A DNA stretch of 63,121 nucleotides, counting the filler, from Octopus bimaculoides (taxonomy: Eukaryota), in the NCBI RefSeq assembly GCF_001194135.2. It is 8 parts of 8 records of this genome, joined end to end, with 100 filler letters (N's around TTAATTAATTAA, not from the genome) between each part and the next. Parts side by side here need not be neighbours in the genome. Positions count along the whole stretch, not along the records: positions 17,592 to 42,340 come from NC_068985.1; positions 42,441 to 47,250 come from NC_068995.1; positions 47,351 to 50,975 come from NC_068989.1; 5 more parts are not named here. One strand, 5' to 3'. The position numbers were made by a program, and so were the translations under genes. Every line of letters begins with the position of its first letter. Positions within the stretch are counted from its first letter, which is position 1. The notes under the pieces were generated by a model. The model searched no databases, was not told the origin of the DNA, and saw nothing but the letters and a program-made list of their open reading frames with translations. Shown here one piece after another: positions 38,150 to 50,945 of this stretch.

Positions 38150-38377
38150 AAGGGAATCATACTGCTGCTATTTAGCCCTAGGAAGCTGGACCGCTTCCTG
38201 TCGGCCTTGACACATTTCCTGTGTCCTTATATTTGTGAAGGGGAGACAAGCACCCCCACCCAGCCTAGCAGGCCTAGCAGGCATCTTCAGCCAGCTGGTC
38301 GTGCTACTTCAGGCTGATGACGAGCAAAGTCTCAGAAACATGTCCCTGAATGCAAGCTAGGCTGGGTGGGGGTGCTT
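38150..38377. mobile_element. HHR-bearing element with 22-bp perfect inverted repeat
   Basis: aagcacccccacccagcctagc (38248-38269) and gctaggctgggtgggggtgctt (38356-38377) flank the HHR. The left end runs into an N gap; the right end abuts the (ATC)n tail of a SINE. Confidence 0.65.
38308..38350 (+). ncRNA. Canonical minimal type-I hammerhead ribozyme
   Basis: ttcagg CUGAUGA cgag-caaagt-ctca GAAACAUGUC cctgaa: perfect 6-bp stem I, palindromic ACAUGU stem III, GUC cleavage triplet; one mismatch at the base of stem II. Confidence 0.85.
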
Positions 38378-38960
38378 ATCATCTTTCAGCGTCTGCTTTC
38401 CATGCTGGCATGGGTTGGACGATTTGACTGAGGGCTGGCAAACCAGATGGCTGCACCAGGCTCCAATCTGATCTAGCAGAGTTTCTACAGCTGGATGCCC
38501 TTCCTAACACCAACCACTCTGAGAGTGTAGTAGGTGCTTTTACGTACCACTGGCACAAGGGCTAGTCAGGCAGTACTGTCAACAGCCATGCTCAAAATGG
38601 TATTTTTTACATGCCACCTGCACAGGAGCCAGTCCAGCGGCACTGGCAACAACCTCGCTCGAATGTCTTTTCACGTGCCACCGGCATAAATGGCGGTAAG
38701 GCGATGCTGGTAATGATCACTCTCAAATGGTGCTATTTACGTGCTCTGGCAATGATCATGCTTAGACGGTGCTGTTAGCACTCCACTTGCACAGGTGCCA
38801 GTCATCGAATTTGGTTCAATTACGATTTCGATTTCACTTGCCCCAACAGGTCTTCACAAGNNNNNNNNNNACGATTTCGATTTCACTTGCCCCAACAGGT
38901 CTTCACAAGCAGAGATTAGTGTCCAATGAAGGAAAGGTTGGCATGGGTGCCAGTCATCGA
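38378..38960 (-). mobile_element. Family C element with the same array, opposite orientation
   Basis: The same unit variants occur in the same order on the minus strand. Confidence 0.8.
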
Positions 38961-39101
38961 ATGAAATAAGTCAAAATTACAGTATTATATATCCATCACA
39001 GCTGCAAAACCAATTGGTAATTGTAGGTGTGTCTCTTCATTTTTTAGCAGAAGTGCAGCAATGATGGATATATATAATATTGTAATATTTGGATAATAAA
39101 T

Positions 39102-39141
<40 letters not shown>

Positions 39142-40260
39142 TCATCATCATCATCAATTAACATCGGTTTTCCATGCTGGCATGGGTTGGAGGGTTTGGC
39201 TGAGGTCTGGAGAGACAGTGGCTGCACAAGGCTATATATATATATATATATATATTATTTAAAAGAGTTCCAACTCTGTCTGTTTTTTATGTTTTATTTA
39301 TATTCTTATAAAATTAATGTGGGGTATAGAATACGGAATATATAATATAAATAGTAAAATGAAATGAAATATTGAATGTCTTATTGAATATATGAAATAT
39401 TGAGTATTAAATATAGAGTATTAAATATATAAGGACTAGTNNNNNNNNNNNNNNNNNNNNNNNNNNNNNNNNNNNNNNNNNNNNNNNNNNNNNNNNNNNN
39501 NNNNNNNNNNNNNNNNNNNNNNNNNNNNNNNNNNNNNNNNNNNNNNNNNNNNNNNNNNNNNNNNNNNNNNNNNNNNNNNNNNNNNNNNNNNNNNNNNNNN
39601 NNNNNNNNNNNNNNNNNNNNNNNNNNNNNNNNNNNNNNNNNNNNNNNNNNNNNNNNNNNNNNNNNNNNNNNNNNNNNNNNNNNNNNNNNNNNNNNNNNNN
39701 NNNNNNNNNNNNNNNNNNNNNNNNNNNNNNNNNNNNNNNNNNNNNNNNNNNNNNNNNNNNNNNNNNNNNNNNNNNNNNNNNNNNNNNNNNNNNNNNNNNN
39801 NNNNNNNNNNNNNNNNNNNNNNNNNNNNNNNNNNNNNNNNNNNNNNNNNNNNNNNNNNNNNNNNNNNNNNNNNNNNNNNNNNNNNNNNNNNNNNNNNNNN
39901 NNNNNNNNNNNNNNNNNNNNNNNNNNNNNNNNNNNNNNNNNNNNNNNNNNNNNNNNNNNNNNNNNNNNNNNNNNNNNNNNNNNNNNNNNNNNNNNNNNNN
40001 NNNNNNNNNNNNNNNNNNNNNNNNNNNNNNNNNNNNNNNNNNNNNNNNNNNNNNNNNNNNNNNNNNNNNNNNNNNNNNNNNNNNNNNNNNNNNNNNNNNN
40101 NNNNNNNNNNNNNNNNNNNNNNNNNNNNNNNNNNNNNNNNNNNNNNNNNNNNNNNNNNNNNNNNNNNNNNNNNNNNNNNNNNNNNNNNNNNNNNNNNNNN
40201 NNNNNNNNNNNNNNNNNNNNNNNNNNNNNNNNNNNNNNNNNNNNNNNNNNNNNNNNNNNN

Positions 40261-40428
40261 ATATGACAGGCTTCTTTCAGTTTCCGTCTACCAAATCCAC
40301 TCACAAGGCTTTGGTCGGCCCGAGGCTATAGTAGAAGACACTTGCCCAAGGTGCCACGCAGTGGGACTGAATCCGGAACCATGTGGTTGGTAAGGAAGCT
40401 ACTTACCACACAGCCACTTCTGCACCTA
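40261..40428 (-). mobile_element. SINE family A, 5' half
   Basis: Near-consensus head on the minus strand. Confidence 0.85.
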
Positions 40429-40789
40429 TATATATATATATATATAAGTTCAAAAAAGGAAAAAGACAAAAAAAAAAACAACAACAAAAAAACAACAACG
40501 TGAGGATGTGATACAGATTACACATACACTGACACATATATGTGTATGGGTGTGTGGATGTCCTCTTTCCCTACTACTGCTTTGGAAACTGGTGTTGGTT
40601 AGTTTCCTTACATCCCTATAAATTAGTGATTTGGCAAAAGTGACGAATAGAATAAGAGTTGGGGCTCAATTAGTTTGATTAAACCCTTCAAGGCAGTGCC
40701 CAAGCATGGACCCAGCCCATGAATGAAACAAGTCAAAGATGAAGCTATAATAAAGAAGTTTAGAAAACAGGAAATATGTTATAAAATGG

Positions 40790-40990
40790 CAAGCTGGCAG
40801 AATCGTTAGCATGTTGGTCGAAATGCTTAGAGGTATTTCATCTGGCTTTATGTCCTGAGTTCGAATTCTGCTGAGGCTGACTTTGCCTTTCATCTTTTCA
40901 GGGTCAATAAGTACCTGTTGAACACTGGAGTTGATGAAATTGGTTTACCCACTTACCAAAACTGCTGGCCTTGTGCCACAATCTGAAACC
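40790..40990 (+). mobile_element. SINE family B
   Basis: Match to the family B consensus. Confidence 0.75.
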
Positions 40991-40994
40991 AATA

Positions 40995-41690
40995 TTATAC
41001 TGTATTATATTATATTTTGTTATAATATATTAAATTATATCATACTATATTATATTATATATTATAATATATTATATCATAATATGATATATCATATACA
41101 CTATAATATATTATAATATATTATATCATAATATGATATATCATATATACTATAATATATTATAATATATTATATCATAATATATTATATAATATGATAT
41201 ATTATAATATATTATATTATATACTAAAATATATTATAATATATTATATCATAATATATTATATAATATAATATATTATATCATATTATAATATATTATA
41301 ATCATAGTAAAATATATTATATTATATACTATAATATAATATATTATATTTATTTCTTTATTGCCCACAAGGGACTAAACATAGAGGGGCCAAACAAAGG
41401 AATTAAATCGAATACATCAACCCCAGTGCGTAACTGGCACTTATTTAATCAACCCCGAGAGGATGAAAGGCAAAGTTGACCTCGACGGAATTTGAACTCA
41501 AAATGTAACAGCAGACAAAATACTGCTAAGCATTTTGCCCGGTGTGCCAAGAATTCTACCAGCTCACCGCCTTTATATTATATTATATTATATTATATCA
41601 TATTATATTATATTATATTATATCATAATATATTATACTATATTGTATTATATACTATAATATATTATAATATGTTATATTATAACTCAT
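40995..41690. repeat. Degenerate (ATATT)n tract split by a SINE B
   Basis: Directly visible on both sides of 41352-41575. Confidence 0.85.
41352..41575 (-). mobile_element. SINE family B inserted in an (ATATT)n tract
   Basis: Reverse-strand match; the same 3' end as the 24.1-kb copy. Confidence 0.8.
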
Positions 41691-42002
41691 ATAGCAGGGG
41701 AAAGATTTACATTTAATGTAGCATAGCTAGCTTGATGTAAATTATTGACTGAATATATAATCTGTATCCTGGTATAGACTTAGCTTTGCTTAGTTTTGTG
41801 TATTGTTGCATTATGTTTATTGCAACACATCGATGACATCAATATTGTCACAGAAACATATAAACATCTCAATCAGCTTGGTAACAGGTAAATTGGTATG
41901 AGTTTTTTTTCAACACTACACGTGATATTTTCTAGTTCAGTCATGATTATAAAGATTTCTAAGTGTTGCTACAGACACAAACACACATACACACACATGT
42001 AA

Positions 42003-42062
<60 letters not shown>

Positions 42063-42561
42063 ATGTGTATTTGTGTCTGTACATGTACACACACATATGT
42101 ATATATATGTATACATACATATATTGGGTCATCCCATAAATAATGTATTTTTTTATACTTTCATTTTTCAAAATTGAGACCCACAAAGTTCTTTTTTAAT
42201 CTAAAATATACTCTCCTTCATTTTCTACAATGCTCTTCCAATCTATCTGGTAGACTTGTCAGGTCCCTCTTCCAAAATTCACATGTCCGTAACAAAAAAT
42301 ACTCCTCCAATACTGTTCTGACCACGTCTACAAAATTCATNNNNNNNNNNNNNNNNNNNNNNNNNNNNNNNNNNNNNNNNNNNNTTAATTAATTAANNNN
42401 NNNNNNNNNNNNNNNNNNNNNNNNNNNNNNNNNNNNNNNNATATATACATACATAAATATATAAAATATACAAGTGTATCTACTTATGTATGTATATGTG
42501 CATTTCGCTCTCATCCACTCACGTCTCTCATACAAATATATACATATATGTGTGTGTGTGT

Positions 42562-42601
<40 letters not shown>

Positions 42602-43612
42602 ATATATATGTTTGTATGTATGTATTTGCAGAGAGAGAGAGAGACACACACACGAAACACCCACTCATATACATTTAGATAGAACAGATATAGTCATGTG
42701 TGTAAATACATATGTATGCACATATACATACACGTGCATATTTTTTACCCACGTATTATTATACACATACATACACACATACGTACGTACATGCATGCAT
42801 ACATACACAAGTACCTCCCCTGCTCTTTCTAACATATTGTCTGGGAACCTTTTCCGGCCCACCCCCTCCCGTCCAAAACGTCTCCTTATCAATTCCTTAA
42901 TTTAATGAGCACCCATAAAAATAAGATGAAAGAACTCCCTGAAATATTGCAAGAAGTCAGTATTGAAATTGGAAGCCTTCTTCTGATTCCCTTCTTTCCC
43001 CCCAAAACTGACAAGAGAGGGACTCTCCTTCCCTTGTATGTTCAGTATTGATATAAGGGAGGCTTTTTTTCTCTCCTGAGTCTGCACTATAGAAAGTAGG
43101 GTACGGTTTCATTCCATTTTCTGCACAAGTGTAACCAGTAACCAAAACACGCCCCTTATCCTTTGTATCTGCACTATTATTGAAATTAGGGTCCTTCCTC
43201 TTCCTTTATGCCAGAAACTATTGAAATTAGGTCCAATTCCTTTCTCTTTTGTTTGCACTAAGGAAATTGAGTCATCTCTCTTCTTAGGCTCTACAGTTTG
43301 AAAATAAGGACGAATTACCCAATCTGTGCTCTATATTCTCAAACTTGAAAATGATTTCCTCATGTTGATAAGAAGGCCTTCGTTTCTAACACAAAATCTA
43401 ATATTAGCCACACTCTCGTCTCTATTTTCAACATGGAAATTAGGAGCTGTCCCCTTTTCTGATTCAATTGCTATAAACATATCTACAGCAGCCTGGTTTT
43501 CTATGTTGAAAATTAAGAGCTATGTATTTTATTTTTAATAATTACATTTAAGGGCTGCTTCTTTCTTATTCTCTCTCTATTTCTTTATCTATGCATTTGT
43601 CTACCTCTACAG

Positions 43613-43750
43613 ACTCCCAGAAACATCAAAAAGATGAAATGGTCAATGACAACCAGGAAAGAAGTTGTTGTTCCTGCGATTCTGTCACCTACAAATTGAT
43701 CTTCAAAGGTCTTTGGTCTCGACGGACTCACCCGAAGGACTTCCCAACAC
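43613..43750 (+). CDS. SPON1: F-spondin (spondin-1) internal exon: linker and start of spondin_N domain
   Basis: Pyrimidine tract plus ctctacAG acceptor and GTATGT donor at 43751. Translates (D)SQKHQKDEMVNDNQERSCCSCDSVTYKLIFKGLWSRRTHPKDFPT, matching the F-spondin motif CCAC..AKY.LTF.G.WS..THPKDYP. Phase 1 at both ends. Confidence 0.9.
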
Positions 43751-44994
43751 GTATGTTCATCAATCATTTCACTAATTAATGACATATCTAACTAATATCT
43801 TCGTCATGTAACCAATTATAACACACAACCATGTATAACATGCACCCCAATTTAGAGTCCTAATCTGTCTTAAGAACCTCATAAACACCATGTATAGCAT
43901 ACGTTGTTTCACAGTTCCTTTAAAGAAGATCAACATCGCACACTAGACATAGTGGGTGGCACCATCCTCTGAGAGAGGCTGAGGAAAATTTTACAAGGAT
44001 GCTGGTGTCAAAGAGATCTAAAGATTTATCGTTTGATTGCACTAATTTTCAAAAAGCATTTCCGATATTTTTCCCATGAGAATTTTTTGATAATCTTAGA
44101 TGTTGGCCTGTCGTTTTGACATTCCATATTATGTATTGATGAAATATGTCTTATGCACGAATCGTCTTTTAATGGTACAAGTGTTCTTTTAATGGTGATA
44201 AATCTGTCAGCAGTAATTCTTTATAGTAATTCTTTATGGGGTGTTTAATCACATTGACTTGTAGCAAGGCGTTGAAAGAGTGTTAGTAACCGAAAAGGGG
44301 CAATAGTTAAACAATGTTTGATAACTGCACTAGGCGCACCAGGTGATTGTTCAAGGTGCTAAAATCTGGGAGCACCAAGCAAAATCTTAACAACTTCAGC
44401 AAAAACTTCTTAATCCAAGTAAAATCCTGCGGTTTCAAAGAACATAAAAGAAAAACAAAGAGAGATAAAAATTATATGTAACAAATATTTTTTAATGGTA
44501 GCCCTAGTAACAATGTCTGTCATTGAAGAATTGCTGTCATTGTAAATAAACAATGTTTTAGTAGAAAATTAAGCCATCGGCAGCTGAACTATTATATCAC
44601 ACTATAAACTATTGTTCCTCTCTGCTTTTACCATACAATCATAGCAAGGAGAAGGGGGTGTACATTGTAGGATGGGCCTAGGGAAGTGAAATACCCTGGA
44701 TACGAAAGTAAATACTTTAATCCAATTAGTTTTCATTATGTAAAAGGTATTGATATACAAGGGTGGGCAAAAGTAGATATACAATTGCTTAATACAAGTA
44801 GAACCTTCTTTTCATTTCTCTATTTCTTGATTAGGATCAGAAATCTGTGATTATGATAAAATAATTATTCCTAATTTCAGATATTTATGATATGACTGGA
44901 AATTTAACAAACGATGTGAACGAAAGTAGATCATTCCATTCATATCAAGCAACCTATTATACCTACGTATAATAATGGTTTATGATTTAAAGAC

Positions 44995-45196
44995 AAGGCC
45001 AGCAATTTTCGGCAGAGGTGGTTGGTGTTAGTGGAAACCATCGTCCCCTCCCCCAGTACAAGACTCGTATTTTATTTCATAAACCTCAAAAGGATGAAAG
45101 GCAAAGTTGAGCTTGGTAGGATTTGAACTCAGAATCTAAGGAAACATTGCAAGATATTTTGTCCAATGCTCAAACGATTTTGCTACCTCTCCACCT
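44995..45196 (-). mobile_element. SINE family B (diverged), within the spondin intron
   Basis: aaaggatgaaaggcaaagttga..atttgaactcagaa. Confidence 0.65.
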
Positions 45197-45399
45197 TATC
45201 TCGATCTAATAATAACAATATTAATGATAATGATAAAAATTATAATAATAATGATAATAATAATGATAATAATTATAATAATAATGATAATAATGATAAT
45301 GATTTCTTTTACTTGCTACCAGTTGAGTACTGGGGTCAATGACCTTTGTTTATATGTAAGGCTTCAAATACATTGACTTGTTAATTCATGATTTGTGTA

Positions 45400-45725
45400 T
45401 CATGATGATCCCTCATCACCACAACAACCACCACAACCACCATCACCATCAACGCTATCATCATCACCACCACCATTATCAAACCCCCCCCCATTACTAC
45501 CACCACCATCACTAACATCACCACCATCACAACCATCTCCACTATTACTACTACAACTACTACTACATCATCACCAACACCACCATTTCCCCCACATTAG
45601 TATCATTACTCCCACCACCTCCACCTTCAACACTCCACCATCACCACCACCATTACTACTACTGTTACCACAACCCCTTCTATCAGCACCACCACTACTA
45701 CATCCATCCACTAATTACACTGTCC
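45400..45725. repeat. Degenerate (CAC/TAC)n low-complexity tract upstream of a spondin exon
   Basis: Directly visible. Confidence 0.85.
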
Positions 45726-45786
45726 CCATTCCCTATACTCCACCTCCTCACACTACACCTCTCTCTCTCTCTTTCCTCCTCTCCAG

Positions 45787-45938
45787 AGACCCACCTGTTG
45801 CATTGGTCCAGCGTCGTTGGTGCATCCCACAGCACAGAGTACAACATCTGGCAGTACGGAGATTTCGCGTCCCGGGCCGTGAAGTACGTCTGTGAGTACG
45901 GTTCGTCAAATATCCTCGAGACTGAAATGAGAAAACAC
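45787..45938 (+). CDS. SPON1: F-spondin (spondin-1) internal exon, spondin_N domain
   Basis: Long CT tract plus ctccAG acceptor and GTAAGT donor at 45939. Translates (Q)THLLHWSSVVGASHSTEYNIWQYGDFASRAVKYVCEYGSSNILETEMRKH, matching vertebrate HWSAIIGGSHSKNYVLWEYGGYASEGVKQVAELGS. The upstream exon's last base c plus ag gives CAG, so the splice is in frame. Confidence 0.93.
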
Positions 45939-46254
45939 GTAAGTACGATGGCGGCGGCGGCGGCGGTGGGGCTCAAAGACATGTCTTAATTGTTGCGGGG
46001 GGGGCGTGAAGAGGGAGGGGTTCGTGAGTGCAAAAACTCGGTTCTGATTGCTGTTGCTGTTGTTGTTATTGTGCTTGTTATTGTTGCTGTTCTTCTTCTT
46101 GCTGCTGTCACATTTTTTTTCAGATGCTGTTGTTATTTTTTCAATGATTGTCATTGTTGTTGTTGTTGTTGTAAAGTCATTTCCATCTGGTGCTCAAAAG
46201 TTTCTGCCAATCTGCCATTATCAATAAAATAATGACCCTTTCTATTAAAAGCAC

Positions 46255-46385
46255 AAGGCCTGAATTTTTAGAAGGAGGGGGAGTCAATCACATCGACTCG
46301 TGTAATTTATCGACCCCGAAGGGATGAAAGGCAAATTCAACGTTGGTGGAATTTGAACTTAGAATGTAAAGACAGACGAAATACC
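46255..46385 (-). mobile_element. SINE family B, partial
   Basis: tatcgaccccgaagggatgaaaggcaaa..ggaatttgaac. Confidence 0.7.
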
Positions 46386-46510
46386 TGAAAGTATACAAAT
46401 ACACACACGCTCTCTCTTTACACCCTCTCTCTATTTCATCTCCCACTCGCTCACCCTCTCACTCTCTTTCTCCCTCTCTCTCTTTCTCTCTTTCTCCCTC
46501 TCTCTTTCTC

Positions 46511-46543
<33 letters not shown>

Positions 46544-47177
46544 TCCCAATAGCCAGTAGCTACCCCAGGTGGATTCACCCAAATCAACCCCCCCTCACAC
46601 ACACAGTCCCTTCTCCTTCACCCTGTCCACCACCCCACGCATCCCTGTTATTTTGACTGGCCTTCTCTGTCACTTCCTAACTACAAGCAATAAATACTAG
46701 GGCTGTCATCCACCCACCACCACCACCACCATCGGCACCATCCCCACTACAGCTGCTACTACCTTCACTGTCACATGTATTTATCAACACCACCACTACC
46801 ACTATTTGCATACCACCACAAGGACCAACAAACAACCAATACCCCAAGGTCAACACTACACCTCCATTACCACTAACAATACTACACCACTACCATCACC
46901 ACTACCATCACCACTNNNNNNNNNNNNNNNNNNNNNNNNNNNNNNNNNNNNNNNNNNNNNNNNNNNNNNNNNNNNNNNNNNNNNNNNNNNNNNNNNNNNN
47001 NNNNNNNCCACCACTACTACCACCAGCACCACCTCAGCTACCACAATATCACCACCACTTACAACATTGCCGCCATTGCCAGTACCATCAACACTACGTC
47101 CACACAACCACCATTACTCACAGTTCTGCACCATCGCCTCCACTAACATCACCGCCACCATCAACATGTACCTGTTG

Positions 47178-47208
<31 letters not shown>

Positions 47209-47789
47209 CAACAACAACAACTACCCAGCCTTTACCCTAGGTAGATATCTNNNNNNNNNNNNNNNNNNNNNNNNNNNNNNNNNNNNNNNNNNNNTTAATT
47301 AATTAANNNNNNNNNNNNNNNNNNNNNNNNNNNNNNNNNNNNNNNNNNNNATAGATTCAAGGCTTGAATATGGTACTTATGCGAAGGCACCCGAATATCA
47401 CATCCCAAAAGGATGGGTGATTAAAATCAAACAATAAGCAACACGGATTTCAAAAGTGATTGCAGTACGCACGTTTCATGCTACTTCAATTTATTTAAGT
47501 AATGTGAGCATTACCTTAAATGCAATATGAAGAGAGCAATCTTCAGCTGCACGAAAAAATGCAGAAAAAAGACATATTACAAATGTGGCAACATATTAAA
47601 ACCAAGTGGGAGAGAGCATACATAAAATCCAAATGTGAGGAAGAATATATAAGTCCATCTTGACATAGCAGGGTCTATCAGGCTATATATATATAAGAAA
47701 GTTAAAGAAGTGATTTAAAATTTTCAATCCCAGGATAATGCTAATAATATAGCCTGAACAGGATAAAGTACCCCTATTTTGCAGGGGGA

Positions 47790-47960
47790 GAATTCACAAA
47801 AAACACAAAAGATGAAGACAGGTGGTGTAGACAACAAACAGATTTAACGCTCGGGAAGTGAAAAGGTCTTTAACGTTTTGAGCCTTCGCTCTTCCACAGA
47901 AAGCAACACAGAAAAAAATAAGGAGAGAAAACAAAAGAATGTGTAGTGGCAAGCGATATA
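47790..47960 (-). mobile_element. CUGUNGA HHR-family element, copy 2
   Basis: 47868-47903 reads cttt CUGUGGA a gagc-gaag-gctc AAAACGUU aaag on the minus strand. Confidence 0.65.
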
Positions 47961-48149
47961 TATATATATATACATACATGCAGGCATACCACACTGCACG
48001 TCGTTAATTGGTTCAAGGAGACACGGCGTAAGTTAAAAAACGACTTAAGTCGAACTAACTTGCCTCTAGGCTAGGCTGAATTAACTTGTCCCTAGGCTAA
48101 ACCGACAGTAACCATTCCCAGATTTTGTACTTTATTTATGAATGCATTT

Positions 48150-48362
48150 TCAATAATACATGGTTTTGATATATTTGATATGGGCTAAGATCTTGTCCCT
48201 ATTATGTACAATCGTTGATACAGTTGTCCGACTCATCCTAAAAGATCGTGCAATTGCTACCACTTTTTCACCTTTTTCATGGCGTTTTGTCATAGCCAAT
48301 TTATCTTCCAGTGTTATAGCATGACACTTAGCACTTTCACTATGAATTTTCTTAGGAGCCAT
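48150..48362 (-). pseudogene. Tigger/pogo transposase N-terminal CENP-B/psq-type HTH fragment
   Basis: MAPKK..AITLEDKLAMTKRHEKGEKVVAIARSFRMSRTTVSTIVHNRDKILAHIK followed by a stop; no DDE domain. Confidence 0.8.
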
Positions 48363-48429
48363 GGGGGCAAAAAATAAAGTCACAAATGAATGAGAATGAG
48401 AAAGTAGCCGATAAACAGACGTAAACAAA

Positions 48430-48710
48430 TTTGAATTAAAAGCAGTCATAGGATGGTTGGTGGGACAAACACAGACATAAACACACACATATACATATAC
48501 TACATGCACGCACACACATACTTATACCACACGCACACACACACACGACGAGATCCAATCCGTTTTCGTCTAGAAAACCCATTCACAAGCCTTTCTTCGG
48601 CTCGAGGCTACTGTAGAAGACACTTGCTCAAGGGTGTCACGCAAGTAGGACTGAACCTGGAGCCCCGTGGTTTGGATTAAAGCTTCTTAACACACCACCA
48701 GGCCCGGGTC
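48430..48710 (-). mobile_element. SINE family A, partial
   Basis: Diverged head plus microsatellite and start of the 3' half. Confidence 0.6.
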
Positions 48711-49196
48711 GCATATGTAATATATAGATGCGCATTCATACATCCACCCACACGCTCATATACGTGTGTGTGTGTGTGTGTGTGTGTGTATAATCCTTTT
48801 AACAAAGTCCTCACTCACCACTTGTGAAGGAGAGACACACAGACACATTAAATGGATGAGATGAAGACATGGATAATGAAATTCTACATATATTGAAGGT
48901 CCTTTCCGTTTATCTTTACACATTTTAAAACACACACACATACACGGACATATACATACAGATGTACACACACGCACATGTATTTACATATATTTCTATG
49001 GCAGCCATGCCATTAGAGGCAGAGTGTATAGTTCCCTCGTTTATATCTGAGTGGATATTGAATCTGTGAAATAATGATATGGGGGGGGGGAAGGAACACA
49101 CGCACACATATATATGTGCATGTGTATAAATGCATGTATGTGTGCATATTTGTACACATATATTTAAATGTGTACATGCATATATGTGAATGCAAA

Positions 49197-49229
<33 letters not shown>

Positions 49230-49926
49230 ATATATATCTATATCTATATCTATCTATCTATCTATATATATATATATTTGAAGAAAAGCAACAAAAATTC
49301 AATAGGTTATAGCAGTATATATATATATAACTTTGTCACCAGCTGTATATATATGTATATATATATACATATATATATATACATATATATACACACACAC
49401 ACACATATATATATATACATACATATATACATATATATTANNNNNNNNNNNNNNNNNNNNNNNNNNNNNNNNNNNNNNNNNNNNNNNNNNNNNNNNNNNN
49501 NNNNNNNNNNNNNNNNNNNNNNNNNNNNNNNNNNNNNNNNNNNNNNNNNNNNNNNNNNNNNNNNNNNNNNNNNNNNNNNNNNNNNNNNNNNNNNNNNNNN
49601 NNNNNNNNNNNNNNNNNNNNNNNNNNNNNNNNNNNNNNNNNNNNNNNNNNNNNNNNNNNNNNNNNNNNNNNNNNNNNNNNNNNNNNNNNNNNNNNNNNNN
49701 NNNNNNNNNNNNNNNNNNNNNNNNNNNNNNNNNNNNNNNNNNNNNNNNNNNNNNNNNNNNNNNNNNNNNNNNNNNNNNNNNNNNNNNNNNNNNNNNNNNN
49801 NNNNNNNNNNNNNNNNNNNNNNNNNNNNNNNNNNNNNNNNNNNNNNNNNNNNNNNNNNNNNNNNNNNNNNNNNNNNNNNNNNNNNNNNNNNNNNNNNNNN
49901 NNNNNNNNNNNNNNNNNNNNNNNNNA

Positions 49927-49973
<47 letters not shown>

Positions 49974-50108
49974 CATACATATGCACACAAACGTTTTGTA
50001 TGTATATATGCACATTGATGAATGCATGTCTGTGTTTATATCTGCGTTTGCAAATACATCATTATTGACATACAGACATATACATACACACACATACATA
50101 TATATGTG

Positions 50109-50156
<48 letters not shown>

Positions 50157-50241
50157 CATGTAAATGTGTGTGTGTGTATATATATATATAGGTATATATA
50201 CGTTTATATACATATATATATGTGCGTATTTATGTATATCA

Positions 50242-50283
<42 letters not shown>

Positions 50284-50366
50284 GAAGCTAAGTATAGACA
50301 CACATGTATACGTCCATCTGTATATACAGATGAATGGGCTACATGAATTGTGAATGTATGTATTTG

Positions 50367-50474
<108 letters not shown>

Positions 50475-50481
50475 TGTGTGC

Positions 50482-50791
50482 CTGGAGGCGCAGTGGCCCA
50501 GTGGTTAAGGCAGCGAACTTGCAGGCATAGGATCGCGGTTTCGATTCCACGACCGGGTGCTGTGAGTGTTATTGAGTGAAAATACCTAAAGCGCCACGAG
50601 GCTCCAGCAGGGGCTGGTGACAAACCCTGCTGTACTCTTTCACCACAACTTTCTCTCACTCTCTCTTCCTGTTTCTCTTGTATCTGTATTTCAAAGGGGC
50701 CAGCCTTGTCACACTCTATGAGACGCTGAATCTTCCCGAGAACTACGTTAAGGGGACACGTGTCTGTGGAGTGCTCAGCCACTTGTACGTT
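50482..50791 (+). mobile_element. SINE family D (tRNA-derived head, long body)
   Basis: A box tggcccagtgg, B-box-like ggtttcgattcc; the body matches 18300-18500 in reverse orientation. Confidence 0.75.
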
Positions 50792-50945
50792 CAGTTTCCG
50801 TCTACCAAATCCACTCAGAAGTCTTTGGTCGGCCAGAGGCCATAGTAAAAGACATTTGCCCAAGGTGCCACGCAGTGGGAATGAACCCGGAACCATGTGG
50901 TTGGTAAGCAAGCTACTTACCACACAGTCACACAGCCACACAGCC
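50792..50945 (-). mobile_element. SINE family A, 5' half
   Basis: Match to the head; abuts a family D SINE. Confidence 0.8.

Noticed and set aside
38822-38909. 39-bp direct repeat either side of a 10-N gap
   Set aside because: An exact duplicate flanking a gap is an unmerged contig overlap; the same applies near 58625-58700.
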